Shown: piece by piece, positions 1 through 13,000 of the stretch
Layout of the letters: the number at the start of each line of letters is the position of its first letter
How positions within the stretch are numbered: the stretch's first letter is position 1
Assembly: GCF_009914755.1 (NCBI RefSeq)
Contig: NC_060934.1
Reading direction: 5' to 3' (one strand)
DNA from: the human T2T-CHM13v2.0 reference genome, Homo sapiens
DNA: 64,000 bases
Translations under genes and position numbers: made by a program
The notes under the pieces: model-generated
What the model saw: only the letters and a program-made list of their open reading frames with translations
The model's database searches: none
Told to the model about the DNA's origin: nothing

Positions 1-2239
1 GGTTAGTATCTGATATCTAAACTCTGCAAATCTAATAATAATGCCTTATTCCCTCATGCCCTGTTTACAAGGAATGGGATGAAACTCAGATTCCCAACTG
101 CCAGGAAATAGCCACCAGCTGCTGAAGCATAACAACGTTATCTAGATTTAGACGATGATTGCTGCATGCAAGACATATTTGGGGCCTGTCATATAACAAA
201 GCAGTTGTGTTTGTTTAATTTGTTGGCGGTCTCAGGGTCCCCTTTAGGTGCCTCAGTGAATATGTCACTGGTAGAGACCCCTTTCAATCCAGATGGATGG
301 GAAATTAACATGTTGTTAATGAATGACATCCATGGTTTAGCAAGAAAGCAACAGCAACAATTCCAAAACAGTGATTTGAAAGAATTATATATTGATTGCT
401 GGTTGTTAAAGTGGATTTCAATGTACACAATACTAACAACAAAAATCAGTATCTCCTTTCACTTCACAGTGTGCCTTTAAAAACGTCATTCAGTTTTTCG
501 AAGACTGGCCATTGAATTCAAGACACGTTCCTAATGGTTACTGCCTTAGTTAAGAGTACACAATACAAGTTGGCAGAATAAAGAGCGGAGATTCTAACTA
601 ACTGTGATGTTTGTGCATTCTGAAATCTATTCATTAAGCTTCTCCTGACAGTGAACTAATAAATGAAGACTACTGAAGCTAACATTGTCTTTTACCCCCA
701 AGCTCCAAGCCATATGAAAGTGTCAACCCTCAATAAAAAACAAGTTTGTCAATTTTAGCTTCAATATTTTAGTGTGGGGAAGCTAAAATATCCGTAAGAC
801 AAAAGAGTATTCTTTATTATTAGGCCAGTAAGAAACTAAAGAATTCAATAACTCTGGCTTATTAGGAACTCCAATCATATTATGAAACAGCTCACCACCT
901 ACCTGGTTCTGTTCTCATGGGTCAAAGTGAGACACTCATCACTTGTCATGGGATTGATGCTATGGATGCTTTTTCTACAAAGCCCTTCTTAACGAAAGGC
1001 ATTATAAAAATACAACTTGTTAGTAAAGAAGCTCTATAATGTCACTCATAATTATGTTTCTACATTATCAGAAAGTTATTTTATCTTCACAATATATCTG
1101 AAATATTGTTGAGTCATAAATAACAGAATTAAGAATGTTTCATATTCAAGAAATACAATAGATCATCAGTTGTTTTTTTATTGTTACAAGTTTCATAAAT
1201 ATGAAAACACATAGTTTTGGGAATTTTTGTTGTTGGTTTGTATATTTTTTGCTATCTCTGGTAGCTTTCTTTAAAGAATTTAAAAGGCCAATCTAATCAC
1301 CCTGAGAAGAAATGTGTTTTATTTTTATCTACTCTACAATTTAAAAATTCCTTCAATTTTTCTCCTGCAAGGGAAGTTTAATGAGCCATATTTGCTTGTT
1401 TCCATGGTATTTCAAAGGAGGATTACTAGCTGAAGCCAAGAAGATGTATACAAAAAAAAAAAAAAAAAAAAAGTAGGGAAATAGCCCTTGCAATGAGACA
1501 GAAACTTTACTTTTCAAATAAATTCCATAGGTTAGTAGTTATTTATAATCTTTAAATCAGTGCCGATCAATTTTCATGTTATTTAAAGATTGATTTTCGC
1601 TCAAAAACAAAAAAAGAATGGTAACAAGAGTACTATCTTATAACATGGTTTGTCACTGCAAGTGCACATATAACCCATCATGATAATGGACCAAAATTCA
1701 ACTCTCTGTACAACTATGGAATACCTAGAAAAACAAGGATGAAGTCCAGCTTGCATTTTCTTAGATCTGGCTGATAGTATGCTGAGTTTGTGTGTGCGTT
1801 ATAGAAAGCATCATTATATTCTGTTATCTCTGAACACTGACACCTGTAAATCCACTCTCACTTGAGGGAGATTTTCCCAGAAGCAATTGGCCAACATATA
1901 TTGTGTTACTCTCTTTCATCTCCAAAGTACATATTAATGACTTGCCTTTCGATTTTGTTTAAGTATTTTGATGATATCTGATGTTTAAAATACAAAGCAA
2001 TTAAATCAAAGATTTCTATGGTGTCTCATGCAGTGACATTACAATGTCACATTTATAACTTGTGATAATTAAATTCTATTCTGTAAATATTCTCAATCTC
2101 TCTTTTACATGTTTAAGACTAGGTAGGTGCATTGGCATGTAAATGGGAGAGCAAGTCTTGAAGTCACATGTGTTGGACATCACAGGGCCTATTCTAGCAT
2201 TTCTGAAAACGAAATGTCAAGGAGAGGAAATGTTACATT

Positions 2240-2915
2240 TGTAGACAAAAAGAGTCAAACTCCTTACAATATTCGAAAAGATTTTTTCTGACCCAATTAT
2301 GAGTAACCAATAGCCCATGATACAGACACAGGATGCTGTGAACATGTGTCCCAGATGGTCGGGCACATGTTCACAGCTATGAATGTATAAATGTATAAAG
2401 CTTTGGTTTATACATTTTAGGGGGATTCAAGACATCAACCAACACATGTAAGATGTACTTGGGTTCAGTCTGGAAAGGTGGGACAATTGATAGCAGAGTC
2501 TTCCAGGTTATAGGCAGACTCAAAGGTTTTCTGCTAGGCAATTGGTTGCAAGAGCTATTATCTAAAAACCTGGAATCAATAGAAGGGAGTGTCTGGGTTA
2601 AGATAAGGGGTTGTGGAGACCAATGTTCTTAAGCAGATGAAGCCTCCAGGTAAGAGGCTTCAGAGAGAATAGATTCTAAATGTTTCCTATCAGATTAAAA
2701 GAATCTGTTCTGTTGGTCTTAAGGTCTCTGTTTGGATGTTAATGCTGGTCAGCTAGGTCTGAATTCCAAAGGGAGGAAGGTATTGTGAGGCATGTCTGAC
2801 CCCCACTTCCCATCATGGCCAGGACTAGTTTTTCAGGTTAATTTTGGAATGCCCTTGGCTGAGGGGAGGGTCCGTTGATCAGTTGAGAGGCTTAGAATTT
2901 TATTTTTGGTTTAGA
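2240..2915 (-). mobile_element. MER4-family ERV1 solo LTR
   Basis: Runs from TGTAGACAAAAAGAGTCAAACTC to ...GAATTTTATTTTTGGTTTAGA, matching the recalled MER4 consensus in reverse. Near-matching 4-bp flanks CATT/CTTT. Confidence 0.85.
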
Positions 2916-3786
2916 CTTTCTTAAAGGTAATTCAATACCATTGACTATGTAATATCCACAAAACAAAAAAAAAGTAGAAATCATTAGAAAATGTAAATTT
3001 TATGAGGTAATGTTGCGGGAGGGCAAGGTTCTTGGCACTCTGATAGTTTGCTGAAAAAGCAACTGAAAATAAGGTGTTAAAAAGAGAAAAGGCATATGAA
3101 TTTCTTTAACCAAGCACCTGGAGAGAATTAGATAGTGATTGCCCAATATCCCAGTGGAGCCCAGAAGCTTGTATGTCATTGTGAGGTTGCAGAAAGAATG
3201 GGGGCTTAGATCCTGGACAGATAGGCTGTGGGAGGGGAAGAAGAGGAATTGGATGATTGGATCAGGCAGCAGAAATTAATTTGTAAATAGTTATCTTTGG
3301 AATTTAAATGATCTGTGTAGATAGTCATTATCTTGCAAACAAGTCTGTTCAGGTGTGGTTGCATTCTAGGTCTTCTTTCCTGTCACGGATTATAAGATAA
3401 CAGGGAGAGGAACAATAATAATCATTCTAGGTGGGAAGTCCTATCTTTATGTAGATAGTGGTCGGGTCTCTTCCAGCACTTGCTGATTTTGTCTAAGTGT
3501 TACCAGAAAGCGGTCTGGATCCAGACCCCAAGAAAGGGTTCTTGGATCTCACTCAAGAAAGAATTCAGGACAAGTCCATAAAGTGAAAGCAAATTTATTA
3601 GTAAAGTAAAGGGATAAAAGAAAGGCTACTCCATAGGCAGAGCAGCCCCGAGGGCTGCTGGTTGCCCATTTTTATGGTTATATTTTGATGATATGCTAAA
3701 GAAGGGGTGGATTATTCATGCCTCCCATTTTTAGACCACATAGGGTAACTTCCTGATGTTGCCATGGCATTTGTAAATCGTCATGG

Positions 3787-5392
3787 TGAGAGATGACAAC
3801 GTGCTAGCAGCCCTCGCTCACTCTCAGCACCTCCTCAGCCTCGGCGTCTGCTCTGGCCACACTTGAGGAGCCCTTCAGCCCACCGCTGCACTGTGGGAGC
3901 CCCTCTCTGGGCTGGCCGAGGCTGGAGCCTCTGCTTATGGGGAGGTGTGGAGAGAGAGGTGCGGGCAGGAACCGGGGCTGCGCGTGGTGCTCGCGGGCCA
4001 GTGTGAGTTCCAGGTGGGCACGGTCTTGGTAGGCCCCACACTCGGAGCAGCCAGCCGGAGCCACCAGCCCTGGGCAGTGAGGGGCTTAGCACCCAGGCCA
4101 GCAGCTGCGGAGGGGGCGCTGGGTCCCCCAACATGGCCGGCCCACCCGTGCCATGCTCAAAATCTTGCTGAGCCTCAGCCACCTCCCCGCAGGGCAGGGC
4201 TCGGGACCTGCAGCCCGCCATGCCCAAGCCCCACCTGTGTTGAGCTCCCACACGGCCCGAGCCTCCCTGACGGGCACTGCCCCCTGCTCAGTGGCGCCTA
4301 GTCCCATCAACCGCCCAAGGGCTGAGGAGTGCAGGTGCATGGCACGGGACTGGCGGGCAGCTCCGCCTGCAGCCCTGGCACCGGGATCCACTAGGTGAAG
4401 CCAGCTGGGCTCCTGAGTTGGGTGGGGACTTGGAGAACTTTTATGTCTAGCCGGAGGATTGTATATGTACCAATCAGCACCCTGTGTCTAGCTCGGGGTT
4501 CATGAATGCACCAATCAGCACTCTGTATCTAGCTAATCTGGTGGGGACTTGGAGAACTTTTATGTCTAGCTAAAGGATTGTAAATACACCAATCAGCACT
4601 CTCTGTCTAGCTCAAGGTTTGTAAACCCACCAATCAGCACTCTGTGTCTAGCTCAAGGTTTGTAAATGCACTAATCAGTGCTCTCTGTCTAGTTAATCTA
4701 GTGGGGACTTGGAGAACTTTTACATCTAGCTAGAGGATTGTAAATACACCAATCAGCACTCTGTGTCTAGCTCAGGGATTGTAAATGCACCAATCAGCAC
4801 CCTGTCAAAATGGATCAATCAGCTCTCTGTAAAACGGACCAATCGGCTCTCTGTCAAATGGACCAATCAGCCCTCTGTAAAATGGGCCAATCAGCAGGAT
4901 GTGGGTGGGGTCACATAAGGGAATAAAAGCAGGCTGCCGTAGCCAGGAGCGGCAACCCACTGGGGTCCCCTTCTGCACTGTGGAAGCTTTGTTCTTTTGC
5001 TCTTTGTGATAAATCTTGCTGCTGCTCACTTTTTGGGTCTGCACTGCTTTTATGAGCTGTAACACTCACCATGAAGATCTGCAGCTTCACTCCTGAAGCC
5101 AGCAAGACCACAAGCCCACTGGGAGGGACAAACAACTCCAGAAGGGAGGAACGAACAATTCCAGATGTGCCACCTTTAAGAGCTGTAACACTCACCGGGA
5201 AGGTCTGCAGCTTCACTCCCGAAGTCAGCGAGACCACGAACCCAACAGAAGGAATAAACTCTGGACACATCTGAACATCTGAAAAAACAAACTCCAGACA
5301 CACCATCTTTAAGAACTGTAACACTCACCACGTGGGTCCGCGGCTTCATTTTTGAAGTCAGGGAGACCAAGAACCCACCAATTCCGGACACA
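3787..5392 (+). mobile_element. LTR12-family (ERV9/HERV-9) solo LTR, long C/D/E type
   Basis: Starts TGAGAGATGACAACGTGCTAGCAGCCCTCGC and ends AACCCACCAATTCCGGACACA. GC-rich U3, tandem CCAATCAGCAC repeats and U5 repeats (TGTAACACTCACC). 4-bp TSD ATGG/ACGG. Confidence 0.95.
4440..4930 (+). promoter_or_regulatory. LTR12 U3 enhancer/promoter: CCAAT (NF-Y) array, GT box and AATAAAA TATA-like box
   Basis: Nine CCAAT boxes (about 4470, 4511, 4589, 4630, 4749, 4790, 4839, 4863, 4887), GGGTGGGG at about 4903 and GAATAAAAG at about 4921. Activity at this copy is unknown. Confidence 0.6.
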
Positions 5393-5946
5393 ACGGCACT
5401 GATGGGAGTATAGCAGTGTCTGGTCACCACCTTGCTTTTGATGGGTTTTGGCTGGCTTCTTTACTGCAACCTACTTTATCAGGAAGGTCTTTATGACCTG
5501 TATCTTGTGCTGACTTCATATCTCATCCTGTGACTTGGAATGCCTTAAGCATCTGGGAATGTAGCCTAGTAGTTCTCAGCCTCATTTTACCCGTCTCCTA
5601 CTCAAGATTTAGTTGCTCTGGTTCACACGCCTCTGACATATCAAAATATTCTTTATACCAGGGAGCCATATTTTAAGGTGAAATTGGCTGCACTCCTTCA
5701 ATGTGCTCTAGGGGAAGAAACCTTGAATTGAAATTAAAAGGAGTTGGTTTCTAATCATAAAACTGTCATTGAGTAGAGCTACAAAATCTTGAGTCTCAGT
5801 TTATTCTTTTGGGAAATGGTGTTGGGTTAGGTGGTATTAGAATTACCTTTAAGTTCAGGCTAACACGGATGATAGGGGTGAGGGGGAGGAAGTAGCCAGT
5901 AAGTATTCTGTCTCTGGTCTTTGAGTACCTGTTTCTCAAACATTAG

Positions 5947-6468
5947 TGTTGAGTATAAAAATGTTCTAGGAATAAATGCTCAGTGCTGCAAATTGAAACC
6001 AGCAATCAGCCAAAAGTTCTCTCAGCAAGGAAATTTATTTCTGCAGAAGGGTGCCACTCACGTCAATCAAGATGGCAAGAGCACGGGGAACAAAGGAGAG
6101 CATCAAGCTTTTATCTCTGATGGTAGTCCCTACCTCTGTGTCACTCCCCCATGGACTGGGGTCAGACCGCACAATCTGAGCTAAGCTGATTGCCTTCTTG
6201 CAAATATTTTTCTAAATATGGAAGGGAAGGGGGATGTGAGGTACGGTGGTGAAGCATGTGAGATGTGTAGTTTTGGGGGAACAGTGGGTGCAGGTAACCA
6301 AGGGAACAGATGTGAGTTATTCATTAGAGCTGATGGGAAGGGGGTAGTCTGTTTAACAGTAACTAGGGGCAAGGAGGAACAAGAAAGTTGAGTTTGGGAA
6401 CAAAAGACAAGGAAGTTAGCAGGCTAAATCTTTGAAGAGAAACTCAGAGAAATTCATTGTATCTTACA
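5947..6468 (-). mobile_element. LTR10-family (HERV-I type) solo LTR
   Basis: Ends ...GAAGAGAAACTCAGAGAAATTCATTGTATCTTACA, the reverse of the LTR10-type start TGTAAGATACAATGAATTTCTCTGAG. TG...CA termini. Confidence 0.72.
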
Positions 6469-6786
6469 TGAGGTAAGAAAAAGCCATGAAAAGAGGAATT
6501 AATCAGAGTGAACTATTGTACCTTGATCTTTTCCTTGTGGGCAATCGGGCCACAAAATCCAAAAGAGAGGAGCTGAAGCCTGACTGGCCAGCCACACAGA
6601 ACTTCGTGAAGATCCCTGCAGAGGCTACAACACAAACAAACAAAGGCATAAAGAAGCCAAATTCATTCAAGAGTGTGATGGCCTGTGAGGACATTAAAGA
6701 AACCCAGAACCAGATAGTTATTCAAGTGGTGAAAACAGATTTCATTCAGGAACAATTACAGTTGGGGAAAATACTTCAGTGGCATA

Positions 6787-7425
6787 TGAGAAAGGAAAAT
6801 AAATCTTGGGTACCCCAAACTCATAAAGCCAAGGGGAAAAGTTAAGCTGGGAACTGGGTCATGCAAACACAAACTTGCCTCCCCCTTTTGGTTCCTAAAT
6901 AAGACGGCTACAAGATGAAAAGCTACACACCTCCCCAAAATATTTTGCCTACAAGGAAATTGCTAGTGAGCTCCAAGATCTTTACCCTAAGGTGTTTCTG
7001 TTAAAAATTTCACCGTGACAGTGTAAGTTGATAGCTTATCTCTACAGATGCAGTCACCCCTGCCCACTTGACACAAATGCATATCTGATCGTTGCCCTGC
7101 CCCATTTTATCTATCTTGTCTTATATAAAAAATGCAGATTCTCTGCATTTTTCCTCTGTTCCATTTTCCTATGTCATCTTATGTGTAAAAAAAAAATGCA
7201 GATTCACTGGGCCAGACAAAAGCATGAATGACTGTTTTTCCCTACCGCCCTTACATGAAAAATGTATACTTCTCAATATCCCACCCTTTCCCCTTTAAAT
7301 TGGGAGCCCTCAAAATTATATTCAGAGAAAGGCCTATACTTGTCTCCTGGAAGTGCATCCTTAACTTTAGCAAATAAACTTCCTAAAATAATTGAGACTT
7401 GTCTCATCATTTTTCTTGATTGACA
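6787..7425 (+). mobile_element. MER4-group ERV1 solo LTR (LTR23/LTR24-like)
   Basis: TGAGAAAGGAAAATAAATCTTGGG...AATAAAC...TTGATTGACA with a perfect 4-bp TSD CATA (6783-6786 / 7426-7429). Confidence 0.8.
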
Positions 7426-7468
7426 CATAGAACTGGGATCAATTCCAAATATATCAAGAACAAGTGGG

Positions 7469-7771
7469 GGCTGGGTGCAGTGGCTTGTGCCTGTAATCCC
7501 AACACTTTGGGAGCCAAGGCAGGAGGATTGCTTGAGTTCAAGGGTTCAAGACCAGCCTGGGCAAGATAGCAAGACCCTGTCTCTACATTTTTTTTTATTA
7601 TTATTATTAGCTGGGCACATCCCTGTGGACTCAGCTACTCAGGAGGCTGAGGTGCAAGGATGGCTTGAACCCCAGAGGTTGAGGCTTGAGGCCATTCTGA
7701 AGCATAAAAATGCCACTGCATTTCAGCCTGGGCAACAGAGAGAGACTCCTTCTCATAAATTAAAAAAAAAG
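7469..7771 (+). mobile_element. Alu (AluJ-like)
   Basis: GGCTGGGTGCAGTGGCTTGTGCCTGTAATCCCAAC..., dimer structure and A tail. Partial TSD AAGTGGG. Confidence 0.93.
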
Positions 7772-9597
7772 AAAAGAAGTGGGAATTTACAGCCAAGGAG
7801 CAGGTTGAGGAGTGGTTGGTAGACAGAAAATTACTATTACAACAGAGTAGAAAGAACCTTGTTAAATTAACCTAACAGGATTCTCTTGGAAGGCAGGCCA
7901 GGGTGATCACATGTCACCTGGGGCATGGTGAGGGATAAGGAATTGGATCAGATATTAAAGGTGATCAGATGTCAAGGGTGGGGAGTTCTCTCAATCTGAG
8001 GTAACAGGATTCTTGCTTCAAGTGGGCTAGGGAAGCTCAGCAAGCACAAAGCCCAAGTGAAGGCCTAGTGGAGAACAGGGCTCAGAGAAGTCAGACTAAA
8101 GTCTAGTCAAGGAGAGATGATTTGTTGCTGACAAGTAGTGCAAACAAAAGAGGACATAGGGACACAAGAATCGTTGATGTCAGCCTCTCCAATGAGGGCA
8201 ATTCCAACTTCAAAATATCGACTTTGTTATAAGAACATTAAAAAGAAAAGCCTTATGCAAATATGCGTCTATTAACAATTATACACAACAAATATATAGA
8301 TGTATATTTCAGTTATTTATTTATTTTTTTCTAGCAGAAGCAACACGTTTCTGGGCTTTAAAGCTCTGTGGATTATACACATTTAAACAAATACCCTCAT
8401 TAAAAACTCAAATTCCAGAAGCTCTTTGCAAAGAGGACCAGTGCCTATTTGAATATTTCATAGACTATAATAAACTGGCTCAGATTTCCTTGGCTGGTTG
8501 AAAGGTTCTGAAGAAAAAAGAAAGGAAAAAACATATTCAATGAAAGTGTTAAATATCCTCCAATATCTGGAGCTAGCAACTTCTCTGCATGGGTTGAGCT
8601 GAATTTCAAAACCATTGTCATTCCTAAGACAACCTGTAGTTTTAAATGACTAGCTTGTCAGCCTTTAAGTTTTCTGCATTTGCCTTTTCTGCTTTAGTGA
8701 ATAGTAACAATTACATCGCAAACAGCATGTTATTTCCAACTGTTTTTTGACAGAAATCTTTGTGTTACAAATATTGCAAACTTGAGTTCATTTGCATGAT
8801 TCATTTTTTATGTAAATCTTAAGGGTGGAGTTTTTCTTTTAAGACTTCAATAAATTTGGTCTTTAAAATAGTATTGATTTGTCTTTCTCACACACACAAA
8901 CACATACTTGCTAAGCACAAGTGTTAAGGGTTTGTATAGATTTGGAAACAATTTTTAACATACAGTTGTTAGGTTCATATAGCAAGACTTTAATAGCTGG
9001 AATTCACTGATTGGGGGAAGGGAAATGATGCATTTAGAAAAAGGAACCAGGGAAATTATATATTCTTTTTTTGTTTTTTGTTTTTTTTCAAAGAACTTGT
9101 TCCAACACCCTCAAACTGAAAAAGAATAGATTGAATTTTCTTATATGTAATCAACTGAAAATGTCATTTCTGGTTTAGAAAGAAGACAGAATTTTTGTGT
9201 TATGAAGTACAACGGGCTTGGGGATAGCAAAGGATGACCCAGATCCTTGAAGATGTTTATCTTTCAAGCTGATTTAAACATTTAACAACTACCGAGTCTT
9301 TGAAGATCTAAGGAAAAACCAGTAGGATTAAAGCCTATGTTCCAATGTTTTAAAATAACTTTAAATATCTAAAGTAGCACAAAGGCATTGTTTATTAATT
9401 ATATCTAGCTTTTGTAGAATATATGTAGTAACATATTTATAGCAATTTATCCATATATATGTATGTGTGTATATACATATATGTGTATATATGTGTGTGT
9501 GTACGTGTATATATGTTTACTGAACACTAGATATGCAGAAGGCATTGATCTTTGCAAAGAGGAATAAGTGAATGTTAGCTACAAAGGTTTCAGCCCT

Positions 9598-10095
9598 TGA
9601 TGAAGAGACTTTAACATTTACCTTAGATTGGCTAAACTTAAGACAGGTGTGTTCATGACTACACTCCCATGACCTACTTCTTCGTAGAAGATTGACTTTA
9701 GAAAACTCATAATTGTAACTTCTTTCTCTGCCTCTTTGAGATGTAAATCTTTTCTAAGACTCTTGAAGTTTTATAACCCAGGAATGTCTTCTCAAGGACC
9801 TGGGAGCCATTTTTTGAAATGTAATCATTGAAGGAGATAGTGCCTCTGTCTCTTTGTGGGAGGGTAGGCTTAATACGTGACCATTAGCAAAGAGATGTCC
9901 TAAGTACATTGACTAACCTCTCCCCTAACATCCTCTTGGACCTTTGCACTAGCTCATCCCAGTGCTTAAAAATCCTCCAGTCCAGGCTTTGGTTTGCTTG
10001 GCAGAGATTAGTTCAATCTCTATCCCCTATTGCCATAGTTTTGAATATAGTCTTCCTTGCCTGTTTAAATCTGTCTGGTACAGGTTTTTGTTTGT
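9598..10095 (+). mobile_element. MER67-like ERV1 LTR
   Basis: TTTAGAAAACT...TTCTCTGCCTCTTTGAGATGTAAATC...CCAGGAATGTCTTCTCAAGGACCTGGGAGCCAT matches the recalled MER67 consensus. Confidence 0.7.
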
Positions 10096-13000
10096 TTATT
10101 TTTCATCCTCAAGGAATATAAAATCTAGAGAAGTAAAAGTCACAGTTAACTTAACACAAGAGCCTTCAGTTAGTTAATACAGGAAAAATCACCCAGGCAG
10201 TCACAAAAGAGAGATTTCACTTTGTAATCACAGATACAAAGACTTCACAATAAACATCTAAGCTATACAAATGACTTGAAATGTAATGCATCCAAATTCG
10301 TTTATTTTTATTTTGTTAAATATACCTATTTTTTCCTAATGTGATTTAACATGACTATGATGCGTTTACAATTATAGTAGTGAGGATGCATAAAATTGTG
10401 AAGAGTTAATGAATACCTAAACAATACCACTTAAATCAACAGCATTTGTCCTCAATGTTTTTCTTTGTGAATTCTTTTTACCTAAATTCTAAAATTAAAT
10501 TTTGCTGAGTGTTTTCAAAATGTCAACTCCCTGATCATCCAAATTTGCCCTTTTCATTTTATCTCTATAGAATTGGCTGCCAAATCCTATCGTTTCTTAG
10601 ATAATCCTTTCTTCTACTTAACTATTAATATTACCATTGTTGAATACCAAAAACCACCACCAATTATAATGTTTACTGTAAATGTGAATGTGTTATACTA
10701 TCCAACTATGTACATTAACATGCCTTTATTATTTTAAGACATTCTTAAATAGATGAAGTTGTAAATAACTTCGTTTCCAGGATCTCTGCAAAATTCATTT
10801 ACCTAATCAACAAACAACTTTAAGAAGCTCTCAGGCCAATAGATTTCTTAACGAAGATCATCAAAAAACTTTGTACTTTACAGGAGTGTTTTAAAACCCT
10901 CACTGGCTTCATCCATTAATTCCAGGCTATTATGTTCGTAATCTATACTCAAGCCCTATCAGCCCCCAACACCACTTACAGACCTGCTTTACCAGCATCC
11001 TGCCCAAGACAACCTCTTAAATATCTATTTCTCTCCTTCCTCTCAGATGCTACTAAGAATCTTATCAAGGTAGTGGCCTCTCTTAAAGCAGTCAGCAATA
11101 AACTTACCTTTGCTTTATCAATGTATTGTTTTGATGGTCTTTTGAAGGAGTCAGCAGTTGATACCACTAAAGACCAGGCCTTTGTCAGTGCCTTCCTATC
11201 CTGGATTGCTGTTGTAGCCACTTAGCTAACCCCTCATCTTCAGCCTTTCATCTCTTTAGGGTATTCTGCACACCCTAGCTAGACATCTTGTGCAAGAAAT
11301 TGGGAGAACATTAACCACCAGATAAAATCCAATTTCTACTGTCTGACCTGAAATATATCCCAAGTTCCCTTTTCAGATTTACTGTCTATCATACCCAATA
11401 GTCAAACTCAATTTTAACCAGAAGGGCCAATTCAATTTTCTCTCTCTGTCTTCCTCCGCCTCATTTTCTGATGTTTCTACACAATTTGCTCTCAATCCCT
11501 ATTTGTATAAATACTACTCAAATTTTAAACATTGTTCAATTCACATTTCAACTAATAAATCCCTTATTTTATCTGTTTGCCTTTTCTGTGGTCTGAATTC
11601 TCTACTGTTTTGAAAGTCTGCTGTACAAATCATTGTTGCCACACAATTGGCCCTTAACTTATAACTGCCTTGGACATTTTACTTCTATTTCTCCTGACTG
11701 ATTGCTTGCAGGCATGAATTAGGCTATATATTGCTTTTTAATTTCCTATGACAAACTAGCAATTCACTTTTTGACCTTTGCCTGCTCACACCTTCAGTAT
11801 CTTCCAGTTCTCTCTGGTGGAACTCTTGGTGGCAGCCATACATAGAGGATATAGCTCAAGATTGACCTCCAGAGCTAGTGATGGTCTCTGACCTACTTGT
11901 CATGCAAGTCAATGTTATCAAATCCATGAATGATACAGAAGGATGTAACTTCAAAGCGTATTATTTATGTATCTTTTCAGACATTCTAATGAACTTTTTT
12001 AGCTGTTACATACAATAAACTAAATGAATTTAAAGTGAACAATGTGATAACTTTGGGTATATCCATACATCTTGAAACCATCATAATCTATTACCATAAT
12101 AAACACAATGAACATTTCCACCACACTGAAAATTTCCTCATGCCTCTTTGCAACCTATTTCTACTTCTTCTCCTCATCCTCATGCAGCCATTGATTTCTT
12201 TTCTATAACTATAGATTGGTTTGCATTTTCTAGAATTTAATATAAATGAAATCAAAGAGCATGCACCTTTGAGAAGGAAGGGCTAACTTCTTTCACTCAG
12301 CATAATTATTTTGAATTTTATCCATATCATTGCATGTATCTGTAGTTCATTTCTTTATACTGTTAAATAGATATTTATAAATATAGAAGTTTTACCATTC
12401 ACTTGCTGATGGACACGTGTATTATTTCCTGTGTTGAGCTATTTTAAATAAGGCTGCTATGAACATTCTTGGGAAAGGCTTTTTATGAACATATGATTTC
12501 ATTTCTCTCAGTCAAACAACTAGAATTGTTTGGCTGAATCACATAGTAGATATATGTTTAACTTTTTAAGGAATCAACAAATTATTTTCCAAAGTGGTTG
12601 TCTCATTTTCATTCCCACCAGTAAAATATAAATGTTCTGGTTCTTCTAAATTCTCATCAACATTTTGTTGGGCCACAGTTTTCATTTTAGCCATTCCAAT
12701 TGATGTGTATGCAGTGTTATTGCATTGTGGTTTTAATTTGCATTTCTTTGACCACCAATGAGCTGAACATCTTTACAAGCATTCATTTTCCACTCATCTT
12801 TTTTAGTCTCTGTCTGTATAGAACTTTTACATTTCTTAACTGAATTGTCGGTGTTTTAATTACTGAGTTTTAGGAGTTTTGTATATATTTTGGACATAAG
12901 ATCTTTTTGATCACATGTGAATGTGATTTGCAAAACTTTGTTCTACTCTTTACCTTGACTTTTTTATTCCCTTAGGAGTACCATTGAAAACACAGATACT

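Larger units (their letters stand above)
3498..5638 (-). mobile_element. MER41A-type ERV1 solo LTR, interrupted by LTR12 (pieces 3498-3786 and 5397-5638)
   Basis: TGTTACCAGAAAGCGGTCTGGATCCAGACCCCAAG... and ...GTTGCTCTGGTTCACACGCCTCTGACA match reversed MER41. GGATTATTCATGCCTCCCATTTTTAGACC is the A-type form, which lacks the GAS-containing segment of MER41B. Confidence 0.88.
3011..5700 (-). mobile_element. Older ERV1 (MER4/MER34-group) LTR, split into about 3011-3497 and 5639-5700 by the MER41 insertion
   Basis: The right piece CAAAATATTCTTTATACCAGGGAGCCATATTTTAAGGTGAAATT...CTCCTTCA is a typical reversed 5' end of this LTR group. The left piece starts with TG and has LTR-like content. Exact family not determined. 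Confidence 0.55.
6692..8130 (-). mobile_element. MER31-type ERV1 LTR, interrupted by a younger LTR and an Alu
   Basis: GGGCTCAGAGAAGTCAGACTAAAGTCTAGTCAAGGAGAG and GGCAGGCCAGGGTGATCA match reversed MER31. The sequence is continuous across both insertions. Confidence 0.75.

Noticed and set aside
166-480. 104-aa ORF in unique sequence
   Set aside because: No recognisable homology or exon structure, and the length is within chance expectation. The region could still be conserved non-coding DNA, which cannot be judged here.
2033-2050. Short palindrome GTGACATT-AC-AATGTCAC
   Set aside because: 8-bp arms are expected by chance in 64 kb.
4430-4900. Tandem repeats of about 40 bp resembling a repeat-spacer array
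   Set aside because: These are the normal LTR12 U3 CCAAT repeats.
3804-5430. Several overlapping 80-138 aa ORFs
   Set aside because: All lie within the GC-rich LTR12, where stop codons are rare. No recognisable domains.
7127-7210. Hairpin AAAAATGCAGA-TTC-TCTGCATTTTT and a duplicated AAAATGCAGATTC
   Set aside because: Inside an LTR and possibly part of its consensus; cannot be shown to be locus-specific.
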